Shown here piece after piece: positions 51,606 to 64,000 of a DNA stretch of 64,000 bases. The stretch spans positions 62,001-126,000 of the forward strand of contig AP026141.1 of assembly GCA_030295235.1 (NCBI GenBank). Direction: 5' to 3'. The notes below the pieces were generated by a model. That model was not told where the DNA came from, searched no databases, and saw nothing but the letters and a program-made list of their open reading frames with translations. The position numbers and the translations under genes were made by a program. The stretch is from Fistulifera solaris. Lineage: Eukaryota. Position 1 is the stretch's first letter. Every line of letters begins with the position of its first letter.

Positions 51606-52524
51606 CTAATTTGTGCACTGAGAGCTGGTTGCGACGGGCCAGCTACCTCCAAAGCAGCCTAGCAATTCTGCGCTAGTGTCGTCTCGATAAGTGATTGAGA
51701 ACGTAGTCGCTCCCTTTCTTCCTGTCAAGGATGTCGCCCAAGTTGCTCCTCCACTTCTTTGAAGATTGTATCGTTGTCCGTCGACTGTCATTGAAATCGC
51801 CTTGACACCTGTGTGTCCGCCTACCACCAACACCTTGGAATACCACGCATTATTTCCGTCTAGAACGACGACTGTAGGGCCCGTCTCGACGCAATCCACT
51901 TGTTTGTAGTAAACTGGAAATACGCCGGTCGTAGCTCCCGTAATTTCTTTGAATACATCAACAAAGCAATCGAATTCCTTCGCCGAGCCGCTATCTACAA
52001 CTTGAATAACCGCACTTCCCGGACGACCCGGATCCGTAGCCGGCTCTCCAGTGTAAGTGATTTTATAACAGGTACCACAACTCATGCCACTGGCTCTTAA
52101 TTTGTCGTCAACGGCGCAATATCGTTTATTTGTTGTCACGTACGGTTTAAGCCAAGCATTTCCTTTCGCCACAGACGTAGGATGGGCCATTTCACAGGAG
52201 CTCCCTTGTACATCGGTTGGATTTGTCGTCCACATTGTCATCAATCCTTTGGTTCCAAGGTCGCCATCATCGTGGGCTATACGAAAAGGTATCATGCGTA
52301 AGAAACGGAATTGTGCAGGATAAGTTAGCGTTGCTTGAAGTTTACTTACTGTTGTCAGGAATGTCGTTGTCGCTGTCGTTGTCATTTTCATTGTCGTCCT
52401 GACTTCCATTGTTACTACCCAGACTTTGGCCGCATCCGACAAGCCACCGTTGCCCATGAGCAGATGGCACGCTCAGCGCCATCAGGGCGAGCGAGAAAGA
52501 ATTCAATAGGCAACGCTTGTGCAT
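51606..52524 (-). CDS. Secreted expansin-like protein 3
   Basis: Signal peptide and intron 52349-52277. Motifs CGTCYKI, QVVDSG, EFDC, VYYKQVDC and GNNAWY. Confidence 0.8.
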
Positions 52525-53279
52525 TATTGTTTCGAATTAACAAAATCGAAGAATCGTTTTAATTTGTGTTTTGAGTTGTGGCTTGTTGTGATGTTGTGAT
52601 GGTGTGTGCTAGATGAGATGAGATTTATGGCATGGTTCTCCGAAAAATGTTATGGTTAGTTTGGCAAGAACGAAAACATGAGGTTCCGTTTATGGCAGAT
52701 GCCTGTTTCTGTGTCCAGAAACGTAAAGGGAAATCTTCCACTTTGGAACAAAATGTAGGAATAGAGCCTTTTCGTTGTCTTGACCCTTTCTTGGGTTCAG
52801 CCTGATGTCTTGGATTACACTATTGCCCTGGCTTGGTTAGAAGTTTTGCGACCGTCGGAGAGACACGAGACATATCGGAGAAGGTTATCCACTAACCTTA
52901 AGTGACATAGAAAGATACATTCATGCTCCGTGCTAGTGCTAAGGCCTAAGGCTAAGGCTAAGGCTAGCGCAATTCGAATGCTGCAACTTAATTCTACCTA
53001 ATTCATTTTCAGCTATACGCAATGACAAGTTGCTTGAGCAACAAGTGCTACGTTATGCGCCGCGTTGCTTCCGGCGATATTTTCGTAGCCCGGAGATACC
53101 CCAAAAGGAATCCAAAAAAGAAGACTAAAGATATCACCTTTCGCAAGTAGCTGTTGCGCAATACGACCGAAAGGGCAACCTGATTGACTTGCAAAGGAAG
53201 GACTGCTCCCGCTTTCGCTACAGTTGCTTCTCGAGCTGGCTTCTCAACCGATACTTTGGGTACTTCCGGTCGAGATGTG

Positions 53280-54928
53280 CTACCCAAAGTAATATGAACG
53301 CGTGGTGAAGAGTGATTGCGATGTCAGCGTCTTGATCGTGTGATTGTAGTGTTGAAGGGTTTTGGGACCAATCAACAGAAGTGAATTGTGGTGGCAGTAA
53401 ATATGCTGCGGTGTGTACTTGCTTTCATCGACATTCTTTGGCTCAAATTCGATGATTCGGCCTTCGCCCCAGTGCGACAACAGCCACATAGTTCATTCGA
53501 CGTGTTACCTTGTCTGACGGCAAGTAACATTGATTGTATACATCCATCAACTCTAACGCAGCATTTTTGTTAGTGGATGTAGGGCGACGAGTGGTCTTTC
53601 CGTGGAGAACCAAGGTTCGCTGTGCCCTCCGTCGATGAACTCGCATTTGTGACTACCGATTTCTCTTCCTGACTATCCATTGGCTTTACGAGCACTACTC
53701 GACCCCAGTCCATACTTTGATTTATAAGCTGTTCCACGTGATTCTGGACCGGTCGGAAGATCGAAGTCAAGGTCGATGCTTTATCACTCGTCCATTCATA
53801 ATGGAGTCTGTGCTTTGTCCCGACAACCTTGAAAATTACCGAGCAAAGCATCCGCTTTTTCCGCTTCAAAGACTTCAGGGAGAAGCATGGAGTCCCCGGC
53901 CCCTATTCCGGACAGCCGAACGCATCCGTCGAATATTAGTCGCTCGGGCTTTGTATCCGTCGGCCGTGTCTTGCGTTGTTGTTCCTCTTCCTTTTTCTCG
54001 TCATCCTTCATAGGACTACCTTGGCTCTGTAGACTATAAGGATGCCCCTGTATTGATGCCGATGGCGCCAGCACTCCCTGACAAAACGGCGCCAGCGAAA
54101 AATAAATCGCCGGTTGTTGTGCCGCATCTGCTTGTGCCGTCGCATCCGTCAAGGTCGTGACGTATCCCAAATGATTCGCCGAACGCACCGTGGCCGCGCG
54201 ACACTTTGTGGCGTCGATACTCCCGCCACCATGACGTGTGTGACGTGATGTTGCTGGAGTTGCGCATGCAAGGTCGTTTCGAGAAAGGCCGAATACCATT
54301 GCTTAGTCATAGTAAAGACTCGGGAATGTCGCGACAATAATTCAATCATAGCCGCCGCTTCGGGATGCCACTCACTGCCTATCGTTCCCATACTACAACA
54401 GGCTCCTTTACTAAAATAGAGGGATCGGATGAAATAAACGACACCACCCAGTTGCAGGGTTTGTTGTGTCAGTTCTCGTATACGCGTCAATAGCGACGTG
54501 CGTTGCCGGGTCATGTCGGAAGGTCCCAGTAAGCCCGATGTTTCATCCAGTAAATCATTTTGTAAATCGACTATCAGTAACGCCAGTCTCTCATTTGGCT
54601 GGTTTTGAGTTTGCAAAGCTGATTGTCGTTCTTTCGCGCGAGCGGCGGGAGAAAGGAGACGTGGTTTCGTCAATGTTTCCTCTTCCTCGAGACACCCCGA
54701 ACTCCAGTCCGAAAGAGGTACATGATGTAAATTTCGACAAGGAGAACTCGGATGTATACAATCAAATGTACTATCATCATTCTCGTCGACGTGCGGAAGT
54801 TCATTCGAAAAGGAATAGCGCTGCTGGTATCTTTCGAACAAGAGTTTTCGTGAGGCGGCCGCCTTTTGTTTGGCTTCGGCCTTCTTCGGTGATGAAGACA
54901 TGTTAAATGAAGAATTTACGTCTTGCAA
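53280..54928 (-). CDS. Isochorismatase-like hydrolase domain plus possible AlkB-like C-terminal domain (several frameshifts)
   Basis: ALLIVDLQND, TKQWYSAF, VAGVST and ATVRSANHLGY. Downstream IGAGDS and HNSLLLIGPKTLQHYNHTI resemble a 2OG-oxygenase fold. Confidence 0.65.
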
Positions 54929-55380
54929 TGAAGAAAAGAGGGAAAAACAATGCTACGGTGGCGTGAAGATGGATCGTAATAGCAACCAAGATCCTTCGCT
55001 TTGACATCCAGGATTGCAATTTTAATAAAAAATTACGGAGTAGACTATGTCGTGTTTTTGGCGCGCACCTTTTTCATTCGCGGTTTGTCTGTCGCGGACC
55101 GGACCTTTTAGAAAGAGAAATACTTCTCAGTCGTATAGGTACTAACAGAAGTTTCCATAGTAAACTGTATAAATGCGTCAGTTTCAAAGAAGTTGTGTAC
55201 GATGATACGCAAGATGCCGACGGAAAATCGGCAAACAGAAAATCACATCAGAAAAAGGTGGTAGTCAGTCAACTCAGATCTTATGAGTTTGTTCATCGAT
55301 GTTCTCACAACCATTCTTCTTCTCTACTATTCATCTGGAGTCGCTCGAGCATCGATCCCTCCGTAATACAGCACATCATC

Positions 55381-57304
55381 ATGAAAAGTCTCATTCGAGA
55401 TAGCTCACTCACCAGCTTGTCGGCAGTCTGGGTCACCTTGTGCACAGGCTTGGTATGGAAGCACCCCGAGCTCCTCCTTGTATTTGTCAGTTTTACTACG
55501 TGTTTTGGAATTGCCTTTGTCTTGGGGCGTCCGCAAAACAAAGTTCGTGTCCAAATTGGCATCATGGCGTGTGTCGTGGCGCTCCTATCACTCTATCACT
55601 TTCGCGTGCCGCCACCAGAATATCTTGCATTGAGTATTCTCGTTGGCTTCTTGGCCTTTGATCACTGGTACTCGGCCATGTATTGCACGAAACCTTTGGC
55701 CGTTGCCGTGGAAGACGCATTGACACTGACGCTGCAACTCACGTTACTGGTACTGGTGCTATCCTCCGATCAGCAAGCCTGGTGGTCGTCCTACCGATCC
55801 TTTCTTTTAACATGGATTGTGTACAAAATCACTCGTTTGACTGGGCAAGTGGATCAAGTTCCATCATCGGGCGAAACGAAAAAGCTTGGGATACCCGCAG
55901 CGACAAACGGTTCATCCAAGGAGTTTACGAAAACTCAAATTACGAGCACAACGGAGAAACCTTTCTCCAATACCGACATGCTCTGGACTATTCGAGGCGA
56001 ACAATACGATTTGAATGATTACATCTCGCACCATCCAGGAGGAAAGGAAGCGATTTTGCTCGGACGAGGTCGTGATTGCACGGCTCTCTTTGAATCGTAC
56101 CATCCTTTCACACAACAACACGAAACAGTGTTACAGAAGTATCGAATCCACAAAACAGACACCGACATTTCTTCCAAAGATGCATTTTATAATATTCTCT
56201 GCCAACGTGTTCAAGAGAGTCTCAAGGAGCAAAATTTTCATCCTCGAAACGATCGTGCTGCCTCGTGGCCTCGGTGTTTTTATTATGCTATCATTGTAAC
56301 AGGCGTGTTGTTGTCGGCTCGTGCACACTTCAAGGTACGACGCGATATGCCGGGGTCAGTGGAGAGGTTTAATAGGAAATCGCCACCTCATTCTTTTCTT
56401 TCAGGGCAGTATTTGGGGAAGTTTCTTTTTGGCAGTGTTCGGATGGTTGGTGGGAGCTTTGGGACACGACGCTGGTCACTATTCCGCGAGTCGAAGGGCG
56501 TGGATCAATGATTGGGGTGTATGGGCCATGTCATTCTTGTGCAACCCCATCATGTGGCAGCATCAACACACGTATGCTCATCACAGTCATACAAATTCCT
56601 TTGAACACGATCCCGATTTGCACCATTTTGTCACATTTCTGCGCGTTCACCGAAGATTCCAGCGCAATGATGTTTACAAGTACCAGTCCAACTTGCCTTA
56701 CGTCCTATTTGCCTATTGCTTTGTATGTTTCGGAACATGTTTTTGGGTTCCAATGTCTGTAATTCAAGAAGGCGGAATCTATGGAATGGTCGAGTGGACT
56801 GATCGCAAACGCCCTTTACGAGCTTTGGGAATGTGGGCTCATCTGCTGGCGTACGTTGGATTTCTGATGGTGTGGCCCTTCTTCGTCCATACTACTTTGT
56901 TAAAAGGTCTCTGTGCGGTGGTCGCTCATGTAGCTACGTGCGGTCTTTTGTTCGCGTTGTTTTCTCAAATCAACCATCTGAATGAAGCTTCCCTGGACCG
57001 CAAACAGCAACATGACAACCCACTCTTGAAAAATTCTTGGGCCGTGGCGCAAATTGAAACTTCGAATAACTTTTGTCCGCAAAGCAGTTTCTGGCACGTG
57101 CTATCCAACGGCTTAAATTTACAAATCGAGCACCACCTTTTCCCAGGTATCAATCACTGTCACTTGCACCGAATCCAACCTATCGTTGAGGCCACGTGCA
57201 AAGAGTTCGGTGTGGATTACAAAAGTTATCCCAGCTGGAGTGAGTTAATGAAAGCCACGCTGCAGTGGCTAGATAAACTGGCACAAGCCCCATCATCACA
57301 TTGA
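55381..57304 (+). CDS. Front-end fatty acid desaturase with cytochrome b5 domain and N-terminal membrane extension, 2 exons
   Basis: HPGG in the cyt b5 domain. His boxes HDAGH, HTYAHH and QIEHHLFP. Intron at 56335-56404. Confidence 0.92.
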
Positions 57305-58420
57305 TAGAAACGTTCGCGTTCATCCAAAACGACTTAAGATGTAAATAAAATGTAAATAACACAGTAATTTCTTGAATGAAACCTCAAGTGGATAAAGAAA
57401 TACAGAGTAATTTGTTTGGACCAATGTGCCAATGTTGTCTTGTCCGTATTTCGCCACGACTGCAATTCAGTCATGAATGAATATTTCTTCGAGCGACAAT
57501 GCTGCCGATAATTCGTTCCTTCATCCAGTTGCTTGGGCTTCATTTGTCGCTGTTGTTATGAACTAGTCGTTAGCAGCATTTGCGTTTTACGTCATTACAT
57601 TTTCAGGTCGAATCGCCTACATCGATAAAATAATTCCTACGAAGCCTACGTAAAATTCACGTAACATTCGAAGTGTTTTAACATCGCATACGATGCAAAT
57701 AAGCGATCTCGGTTATGCCATTGCAGTTAGATTAATCATTGTACAAGAATGAATGTTGGCGAAAGGAATTTAGCAAACCCGGGTCACCTTAGCTTTTTCC
57801 TTGTGGGTATCGAATGGAAAATGGATGATTGAATAGATTGCGGTTTCCTGTAACGCTGATTTAACGCTTTACAAATCCCAACAAGTTTCTAGATACTCAA
57901 GCGTCCATACTATTTATCCGTTTACTGGATTGCTCTCTATGAACTTCATAAAGTACTTTCTACGCATAGTCAGTCGTTTACACATTTACCCACACAACCC
58001 CAGAAATTTAACCGAAAAGAACGGCTTTCCCAACGCTCTCTTGGCGATGGAGACAAAAACGACGACAAACGCGAAACGAAAAGCCGCATTTGTTGGCATC
58101 CTTGCATTTGTTGTTATTCTTTCTACTGTATTATTTTTCAATAAGAACCAGGAAATGCTTTTTCTGCTGTAACAAATCGGTTACAACTTACAACTTTCTG
58201 TTCATAATTTTTTATCTATCATTCTCTTTCTTCAGTCGACAAACAATGATCCGTTCGTCAGCTTCCATTGTGGCGCAAGACGTGACAGTTCGATGTGTAA
58301 GTGCATGTCAGTATTTGATAAGTCTCAACCGCTCTCGAATTCCTCTCTCACACACATTCACTGCAGCGCGTCCGAAGATCGCAATCCGTCTTAAACGAGT
58401 CGTACGAAGCCCCACAAAAC

Positions 58421-59251
58421 ATGATTTGTACTTTGCGCAATTGGGAACATCCTCATGCCTTTCCGACGTTAATGACGTCGCATCATCGTACACATTTAGA
58501 CGGACCGGAATTGCTGTTAACACCCGAACTTGCGTCAATACGCGATGTGTCTCCTCTACGGCATTCCGGAATGAGGCCGGAACGACCACCACCGGCTCCG
58601 TTTAGTATACCCATTTACGATATACTCGTTGTGGAAACACACAACAATCATCGCTACAGCGCTCACAACAACAGCAACAACCAACTGACCATTACAACTC
58701 GATCGTTTGGTGTTTTCGAATTAAATTGCGAAAGTCGCAATGGCCAAGATATACTGCTGGCATTTTTACACGCTTCGTTACCGCCGGAACGGATCTTGGA
58801 TGGTGACGGCAATAGTCACATACGGCCATCAATATCGACCGTTTCGTCGTGTCTGGATATGGATCATTTTACGGCTCAAAAAGTACGAGAACGGGGCGAA
58901 AATGAAACGTGGCCGGAAAAATGGTCCCGACGGATGGGCAAAGTCGTTCATTCGTTGCAGGAGATTTCCTTGACGCTGTGCGATGCGTCCGCGTGTTGTC
59001 AACAAGTACAAACCGAATTGCTGTCATCGAGGCATGCTGGTAGATGTAGCACCGTTGAACGACGAGATCCACCGGCCGTCGATTGGAATGATCTGGGCTT
59101 GGAAGAGGAACAATCGTCGTGGAGTTCTCCTTCCGTCGCCACTTATACGACTAGTACGAATCCCAAGGAATATGTATCGACGAAGAGAGATCCACCGGAA
59201 TGGCACAGCCGAGGGTCTATGGAACCCGAACTACAGTCGACTCGGCGATAA
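58421..59251 (+). CDS. Hypothetical protein (upstream exons possible)
   Basis: 276-aa ORF with a beta-rich, PH-like segment (FSIPIYDILVV...LTITT..FELNC...DILLAFL). No family recognised. Confidence 0.5.
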   Translation: MICTLRNWEHPHAFPTLMTSHHRTHLDGPELLLTPELASIRDVSPLRHSGMRPERPPPAPFSIPIYDILVVETHNNHRYSAHNNSNNQLTITTRSFGVFELNCESRNGQDILLAFLHASLPPERILDGDGNSHIRPSISTVSSCLDMDHFTAQKVRERGENETWPEKWSRRMGKVVHSLQEISLTLCDASACCQQVQTELLSSRHAGRCSTVERRDPPAVDWNDLGLEEEQSSWSSPSVATYTTSTNPKEYVSTKRDPPEWHSRGSMEPELQSTRR

Positions 59252-59354
59252 ACTAATGAAAATTACTCAGTATAACTTATTTAGAAGATGATCTCATGTA
59301 CGTTCCAAACGTTCTGGGTTCTGGAGCAATAATTTTGCCCTTACAGAGAGCCTG

Positions 59355-61460
59355 CGTGATGTCCAGAAATTCTAGAAGTGGTGTTTCGAGTCAAACAGAG
59401 ATTCTGGGTAAGGTCCAGAAATTCTGGACCATGTGTTTTTGGACACACGGAGATTCTGTGGTCTGTGCAAAATTTCTTTACTAAGTGTTACACGTCAACC
59501 ACGGGTCTTGCGCAAATACCAGAAAATCTGAAAAATGAATTTCTGGAGTTTGGGGTTTCGCGTTAAACAGAGATTCTCTGGGTGGTCCAGAACTACTGGA
59601 CCAGGTGTTTTAGATCACACATAGACACATAAATTCTGTGGATGGTCCAGAATTTCTGGACTTGTCAAACACGGATCATGTTGCAGGTTCCAGAAATTCT
59701 GGAATCGTTATTTTAGTGTCAAAAAGAGATTTTGGTGCCTTCCATGAATTCTGGAAGAAGTGCTTCTGTGGGTCGTCCAGAATTTCACGACTTGCGAATT
59801 TAAATCGAACACGGATCATTTGCAGATTCCAGAAATTCTGGAATTGTGTTTTTAGCGTCCAAACAGAGATTTTGGTGACTTCCAGAAATTCTGGATTTTG
59901 GGGTTCCGCGTCAGACCGAAATTCTGCAAATTGGTCCAGAAATTCTGGACCATGTGTTTTGGATCACACAACATAGAATCTGGGTATGGTCCGGAATTTC
60001 AGGACTAGGGAATTTACGTCAAACACGGATCATTTGCAGATTCCAGAAATTCTGGAATTGTGTTTTTAGCGTCCAAACAGAGATTTTGGTGACTTCCAGA
60101 AATTCTGGAATTTGGGGTTTCGCGTCAACCGAAATTCTGCAAGTCGGTCCACAAATTCTGGACCAGGAGTTTTGGATTACACATAGAATTATAGTTCTTC
60201 AAATACCGGTATCAGGAAATTCAATACCCCAATACCACGTAATACGGTATTAGACGGTATTGATACCGTATTGGGGATTGACCCCTGTGCGCGTAGCGCA
60301 CTAAACCAGGCGCCTTAGGCGCCGAGGCCCCATCTTGGTCTCCCCTGAGCTCTGAAGGGGCTCGCCGCAGGCGAAGAAAAAATTGGCTAAAAGCATGTTT
60401 TAGCTTAACAATCATAGGAAAAATGCAACAGATGGGTTGTTAATCCTATAAAAACTAGCGTGGCAAATGGTTGTTAAATTAGTTTTTCGATCAAATCTCA
60501 AGGAAGATCAGTCGCCCCAAATATGCAATATTTCTAATGTTATCAGCAAGACGACCCGTCCATTTACCATACAAGATTTCAAAAACCTACACAACGGAAA
60601 CAAAGCCTCGCCTCGCTGCCCGCCCCCGCCCTCCGGCTCCCACTTCCCGATCACGCAACTCGGGATCCAGTCACACCTAATCGAGTCTTGTTTTTACCAA
60701 CTTCAAATACCGGTATTGGATTTTTCAATACCTCAATACTGGTATTATACCGGTATTATACCGTAAGGTATTGCGGTATTCTAGAGCCCGTCGAACTATA
60801 CATAGAATCTGTGGATGGTCCGGAATTTCAGGACTAGGGAATTTACGTCAAACACGGATCATTTGCAGATTCCAGAAATTCTGGAATTGTGTTTTTAGCG
60901 TCCAAACAGAGATCTTGGTGAATTATAGAAATTCTGGAATTTGGTGTTTCGCGTTACAGAAATTCTGTGGGTTGTCCAGAAATTCTGGACCAGGTGCTTT
61001 GGACTTTGGATCACACATAGATTCCGTGGATGGTCCAAAATTTCAGGACTTGGAATTGACGTTTACCACGGATCCCATACTGATCGTCCAAAAAAGGAAA
61101 CAAAACGGCGTCAAACAGGAAATTTGGCTTCTTCCAAAAATTCTGGAATTTGGGGTTCGCGTCTCACAGAGATTCTGTGCACGGTCCAGATATTCTGGAC
61201 CATTTGTTTTCGGTCACACAGATTGTCTGTGAAAGGTCCAGAATTTCTGGACCTGGTGTATTCAACTCGAAAAAATACGGCTCAAAGAGACGAGAGGTTC
61301 TGTGAACGGTCCAGAAATTCCGGAATTGTTGTTTTGTTGAACAGAGATTCTGTGAATGTTCCAGAAATTCTGCAATGAATGATCGTTGTATAGCGTCTCA
61401 ATCTCAAGCGTCACATAGAGTTTTGTTGTCTTCCAGAAATTCTGGAAATCATGGTTTTGA
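59355..61460. repeat. Complex satellite array B, same family as array A, ~210-214-bp units
   Basis: Many CCAGAAATTCTGG and GGTCCAGAAATTCTGGACC copies. The block acggatcatttgcagattcc occurs at 59811, 60025 and 60854. Confidence 0.9.
60190..60800. mobile_element. 611-bp non-autonomous hAT-like element (8-bp TIR, 8-bp TSD) in satellite B
   Basis: TSD catagaat at 60182-89 and 60801-08. TIRs TATAGTTC and GAACTATA. Dense subterminal AATACC/GGTATT motifs at both ends. Confidence 0.85.
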
Positions 61461-61615
61461 ATATTGTCGCTGCACGCGCCCTCGTTTTGATTGTCGTTCA
61501 ATCGCAAAGCTTTCCTTTTATTCGATGGTTAATATCTCTTATTCGACTTTTAGGTTGTCGTTGTCTTTCCTTACCTACGATTCTGATTCTCAAAAAAGCT
61601 CCAAATTTCAACAAA

Positions 61616-62823
61616 ATGTTCGCGGGTGAAAACACGGCCGAAGTTTCCTTGGATCTTCCGTGTCGAACGGTGTGTGCAATTCTTGCGGATCGCAACGAAT
61701 CACAATTTCTTGTGGGTTCCTGCACTACTTCCGAAACAAATCATATTCATGTACTGCACTATAATAATACTAATGATGAAATGAATGTGCGTGCGCAACT
61801 GGTTCAGGAACAGGGACCGTTAGAAGTCATTTGCAGCAGTCCCAAGGATCCGACGTTACTGTGTACGGCGCATTCGTCGTCTCAGTTGTTGATACAACAA
61901 TTACCGGACGAGGTCGTACTGACGACTGACTGCAGTGACGATCGCATGGATGCAACAACGACGATGGAGCAATTGATTGCATTAGAAACAAACGGAATTG
62001 TTTCTGATATCAGTTGGGGCGATGAGTCGACGGGAGAACTTTTGTTTATTGCACGGTCCGGGCATTTGACACAATTCGATATCGAAACACAACAATCCAT
62101 TCGAACACTACCACTGGAATCACCATCGTCGTCGTTACCCCGTCTGCAATGGGATCCCCACGCGAATGGCCACGCGGTGGCCGTCTCGGCCGGGAAACGG
62201 GTGCATCTTTTGGATTGGCGGACCGATACCTCCATTCCGACCGGGACAGTCGATGCCTTTGTGGCACATCGACGACCGGGATGTGTCACGGCCTTGGATT
62301 ACAATCCCAATAAACCCTACGTGTTGGCGACTGGAGGGCAAGATGGATTAGTGCAATTTTGGGATTTGCGTTTAACGAATCGGCCTTTGTTGGTGGCGCG
62401 GGGAGGGTACGTTCTTTGTCCTGTTGTGTTTGAAAGCCGGTATACGCGTCGACGATGACTCACTTTCTTTAACTCTGGTTGCCGTTTGAATTCAGCCACT
62501 CGCACTGGATATCATCTTTGCAATACAATCCATTTCACGATCAGTTGGTTCTTTCGTCCGGAACCGATTCAATCGCCAATTTGTGGCGCATGAGTACCAT
62601 TTCCAGTGCACCCTTATTGACCAACGATGCCGATGTTCCCGACGACGACGCATCGGAAACGGCGGGACCCAATGCTCGGATCGCCCGACACGAACACGTG
62701 GATGCCATCTACAGTTCTTGCTGGTCCGCGGCGGATGCGTGGGTGTATCTGTCGTTGGGGTATGATGGAAAAGTGCAATGTCATTCGGTGCCGAGTAAAG
62801 AGAAGTACAAAATTCTGCTTTAA
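61616..62823 (+). CDS. EIPR1: WD40 protein EIPR1/TSSC1 homolog, 2 exons
   Basis: LDYNPNKPYVLATGGQDG..FWDLR, intron 62407-62495, then HSHW..QYNPFHDQLVLS and a C-terminus WSAADAW...SLGYDG...KYKILL. Confidence 0.85.
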
Positions 62824-64000
62824 TAATTAAAAAAAAGAATAGCTGCTAAACGACAACAGAAACAGTTTACTGCTTGTAGGGGGTTATAATAAAATGTGTC
62901 GCTAGTATTGGTGAGCTCTCTGGAGAGGAATTTCGACGTGCATGCCTTATCAAATGCTAAGCAACGTTTTCCTTCCAGTTGACTGAAATGCCAAAAAAGA
63001 AGATGACAGGAAGCGTTAGTATCAGTACGACGATGTTGTCAATTATTAGAATCGATCGAAAGGAACTTCGAACACAATTGAATTTTCCATTTGCTCCGAT
63101 TGCAGTTAAAAAGCTTAATTTTGGTAACCCTCATGGAAAAGGTCAGGCCGAATCAATGGTTTTACCGTTTCGTCCTTGCAAAGAAAAAATACAGAATTGC
63201 TTCGATCGTTCCTTTCAAAGACGATGCATTCTTCGAAAAAAAAGGCGTACCTGTGGCGTTCCTTTTCTTCGATTTTGCTTGTAGTAGATTAGACTCTTCT
63301 CTCTCTTCTAACACGAAGCGGAATTCCGGAGAAACAAATTCATTCCCACGTAATGAATCGAACTCAAAATAAGTACAACGATGACTTGTAATGGCCATTG
63401 AAATTGTCCCGTTACAACGGAGAAAAGCAGCGATAACAAAAAGAAGGCAGACGCAACGACGCCGGCTGCCGTCTGAATTTCCTTCATTCTGTTGTCGTTT
63501 CTACCCTTTGTTTTCGTTTGGTAAATTAAATCGAATTAAATCATATTAGCTAAATTTAACTGATGCGAAGAGGAGGGCAACTCGCATCAAAGCAAAGCAA
63601 TAATCGAATGGGGGTTGTGTTATGCGTTATTTTGCATGTGGTGGTCGCGTCGCTGGTCGCTGCGTTATGGTTAGTTCCGCGACTTGAAATCAATGAGTCG
63701 TGGAAACTCTTTCTGCTTATAGATACCGTAAGTATGCCAAAATGCCGGTTTTACCTGCCACCACGCCTCGAGATGGCGTATAATTTCATTCCTTTTTTCT
63801 TCCCTATCCAACAAGTCATTTGAACGTATATCCTCGGAAACGACTGCGATGAAAAGTGGCCGAAGATGATTGCATACAACGACGAAATCAATGGTTCGTG
63901 ACTGATGCAGTCGTGAAAAAGGTAATATACATTTTGGATGATAGTAAAATCAAGCTGAACGATCCGCATGGCTTTTGGATGTGAAAGACAGAAGATTCCA

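Noticed and set aside
52938..52967. Telomere-like (CTAAGG)n tract
   Set aside because: Only about 4 imperfect copies, and not the TTAGGG motif. It is a trivial microsatellite.
62979..64000. Short ORFs at the window end
   Set aside because: No recognisable motifs. They may be fragments of a gene running off the window, but I cannot support a call.

Overview
Eukaryotic nuclear DNA, most likely from a pennate diatom. This is inferred from the compact genes, short GT-AG introns of about 64-91 nt, an AWAF-type plastid presequence, and cyclase-PDE and receptor-cyclase genes. About 28 protein genes or remnants are present: a globin, two sulfotransferase-like paralogs, AP-2 sigma, a transmembrane cyclase-PDE-PDZ fusion, three arrestin-fold genes, an ArsJ/Gap3-type GAPDH, glycosyltransferases, an SDR, a kinase, a zf-CW protein, a Trf4-like polymerase, three tandem expansin-like genes, a front-end desaturase and EIPR1. 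Many ORFs are broken by small indels, often in homopolymers, which suggests unpolished long-read assembly. Non-coding highlights are two arrays of a palindromic satellite, a 226-bp tandem repeat, a 34-bp minisatellite, and four mobile-element insertions that all lie inside tandem repeats: a 316-bp tRNA-derived poly(T)-tailed SINE with a 16-bp TSD, a 791-bp MITE with 180-bp TIRs, a 611-bp hAT-like element with an 8-bp TSD, and a 519-bp TA-flanked insert. The most unusual protein is an arrestin whose N-domain carries a circularly permuted C2 domain. All calls come from reading the sequence by eye; no database searches were run.
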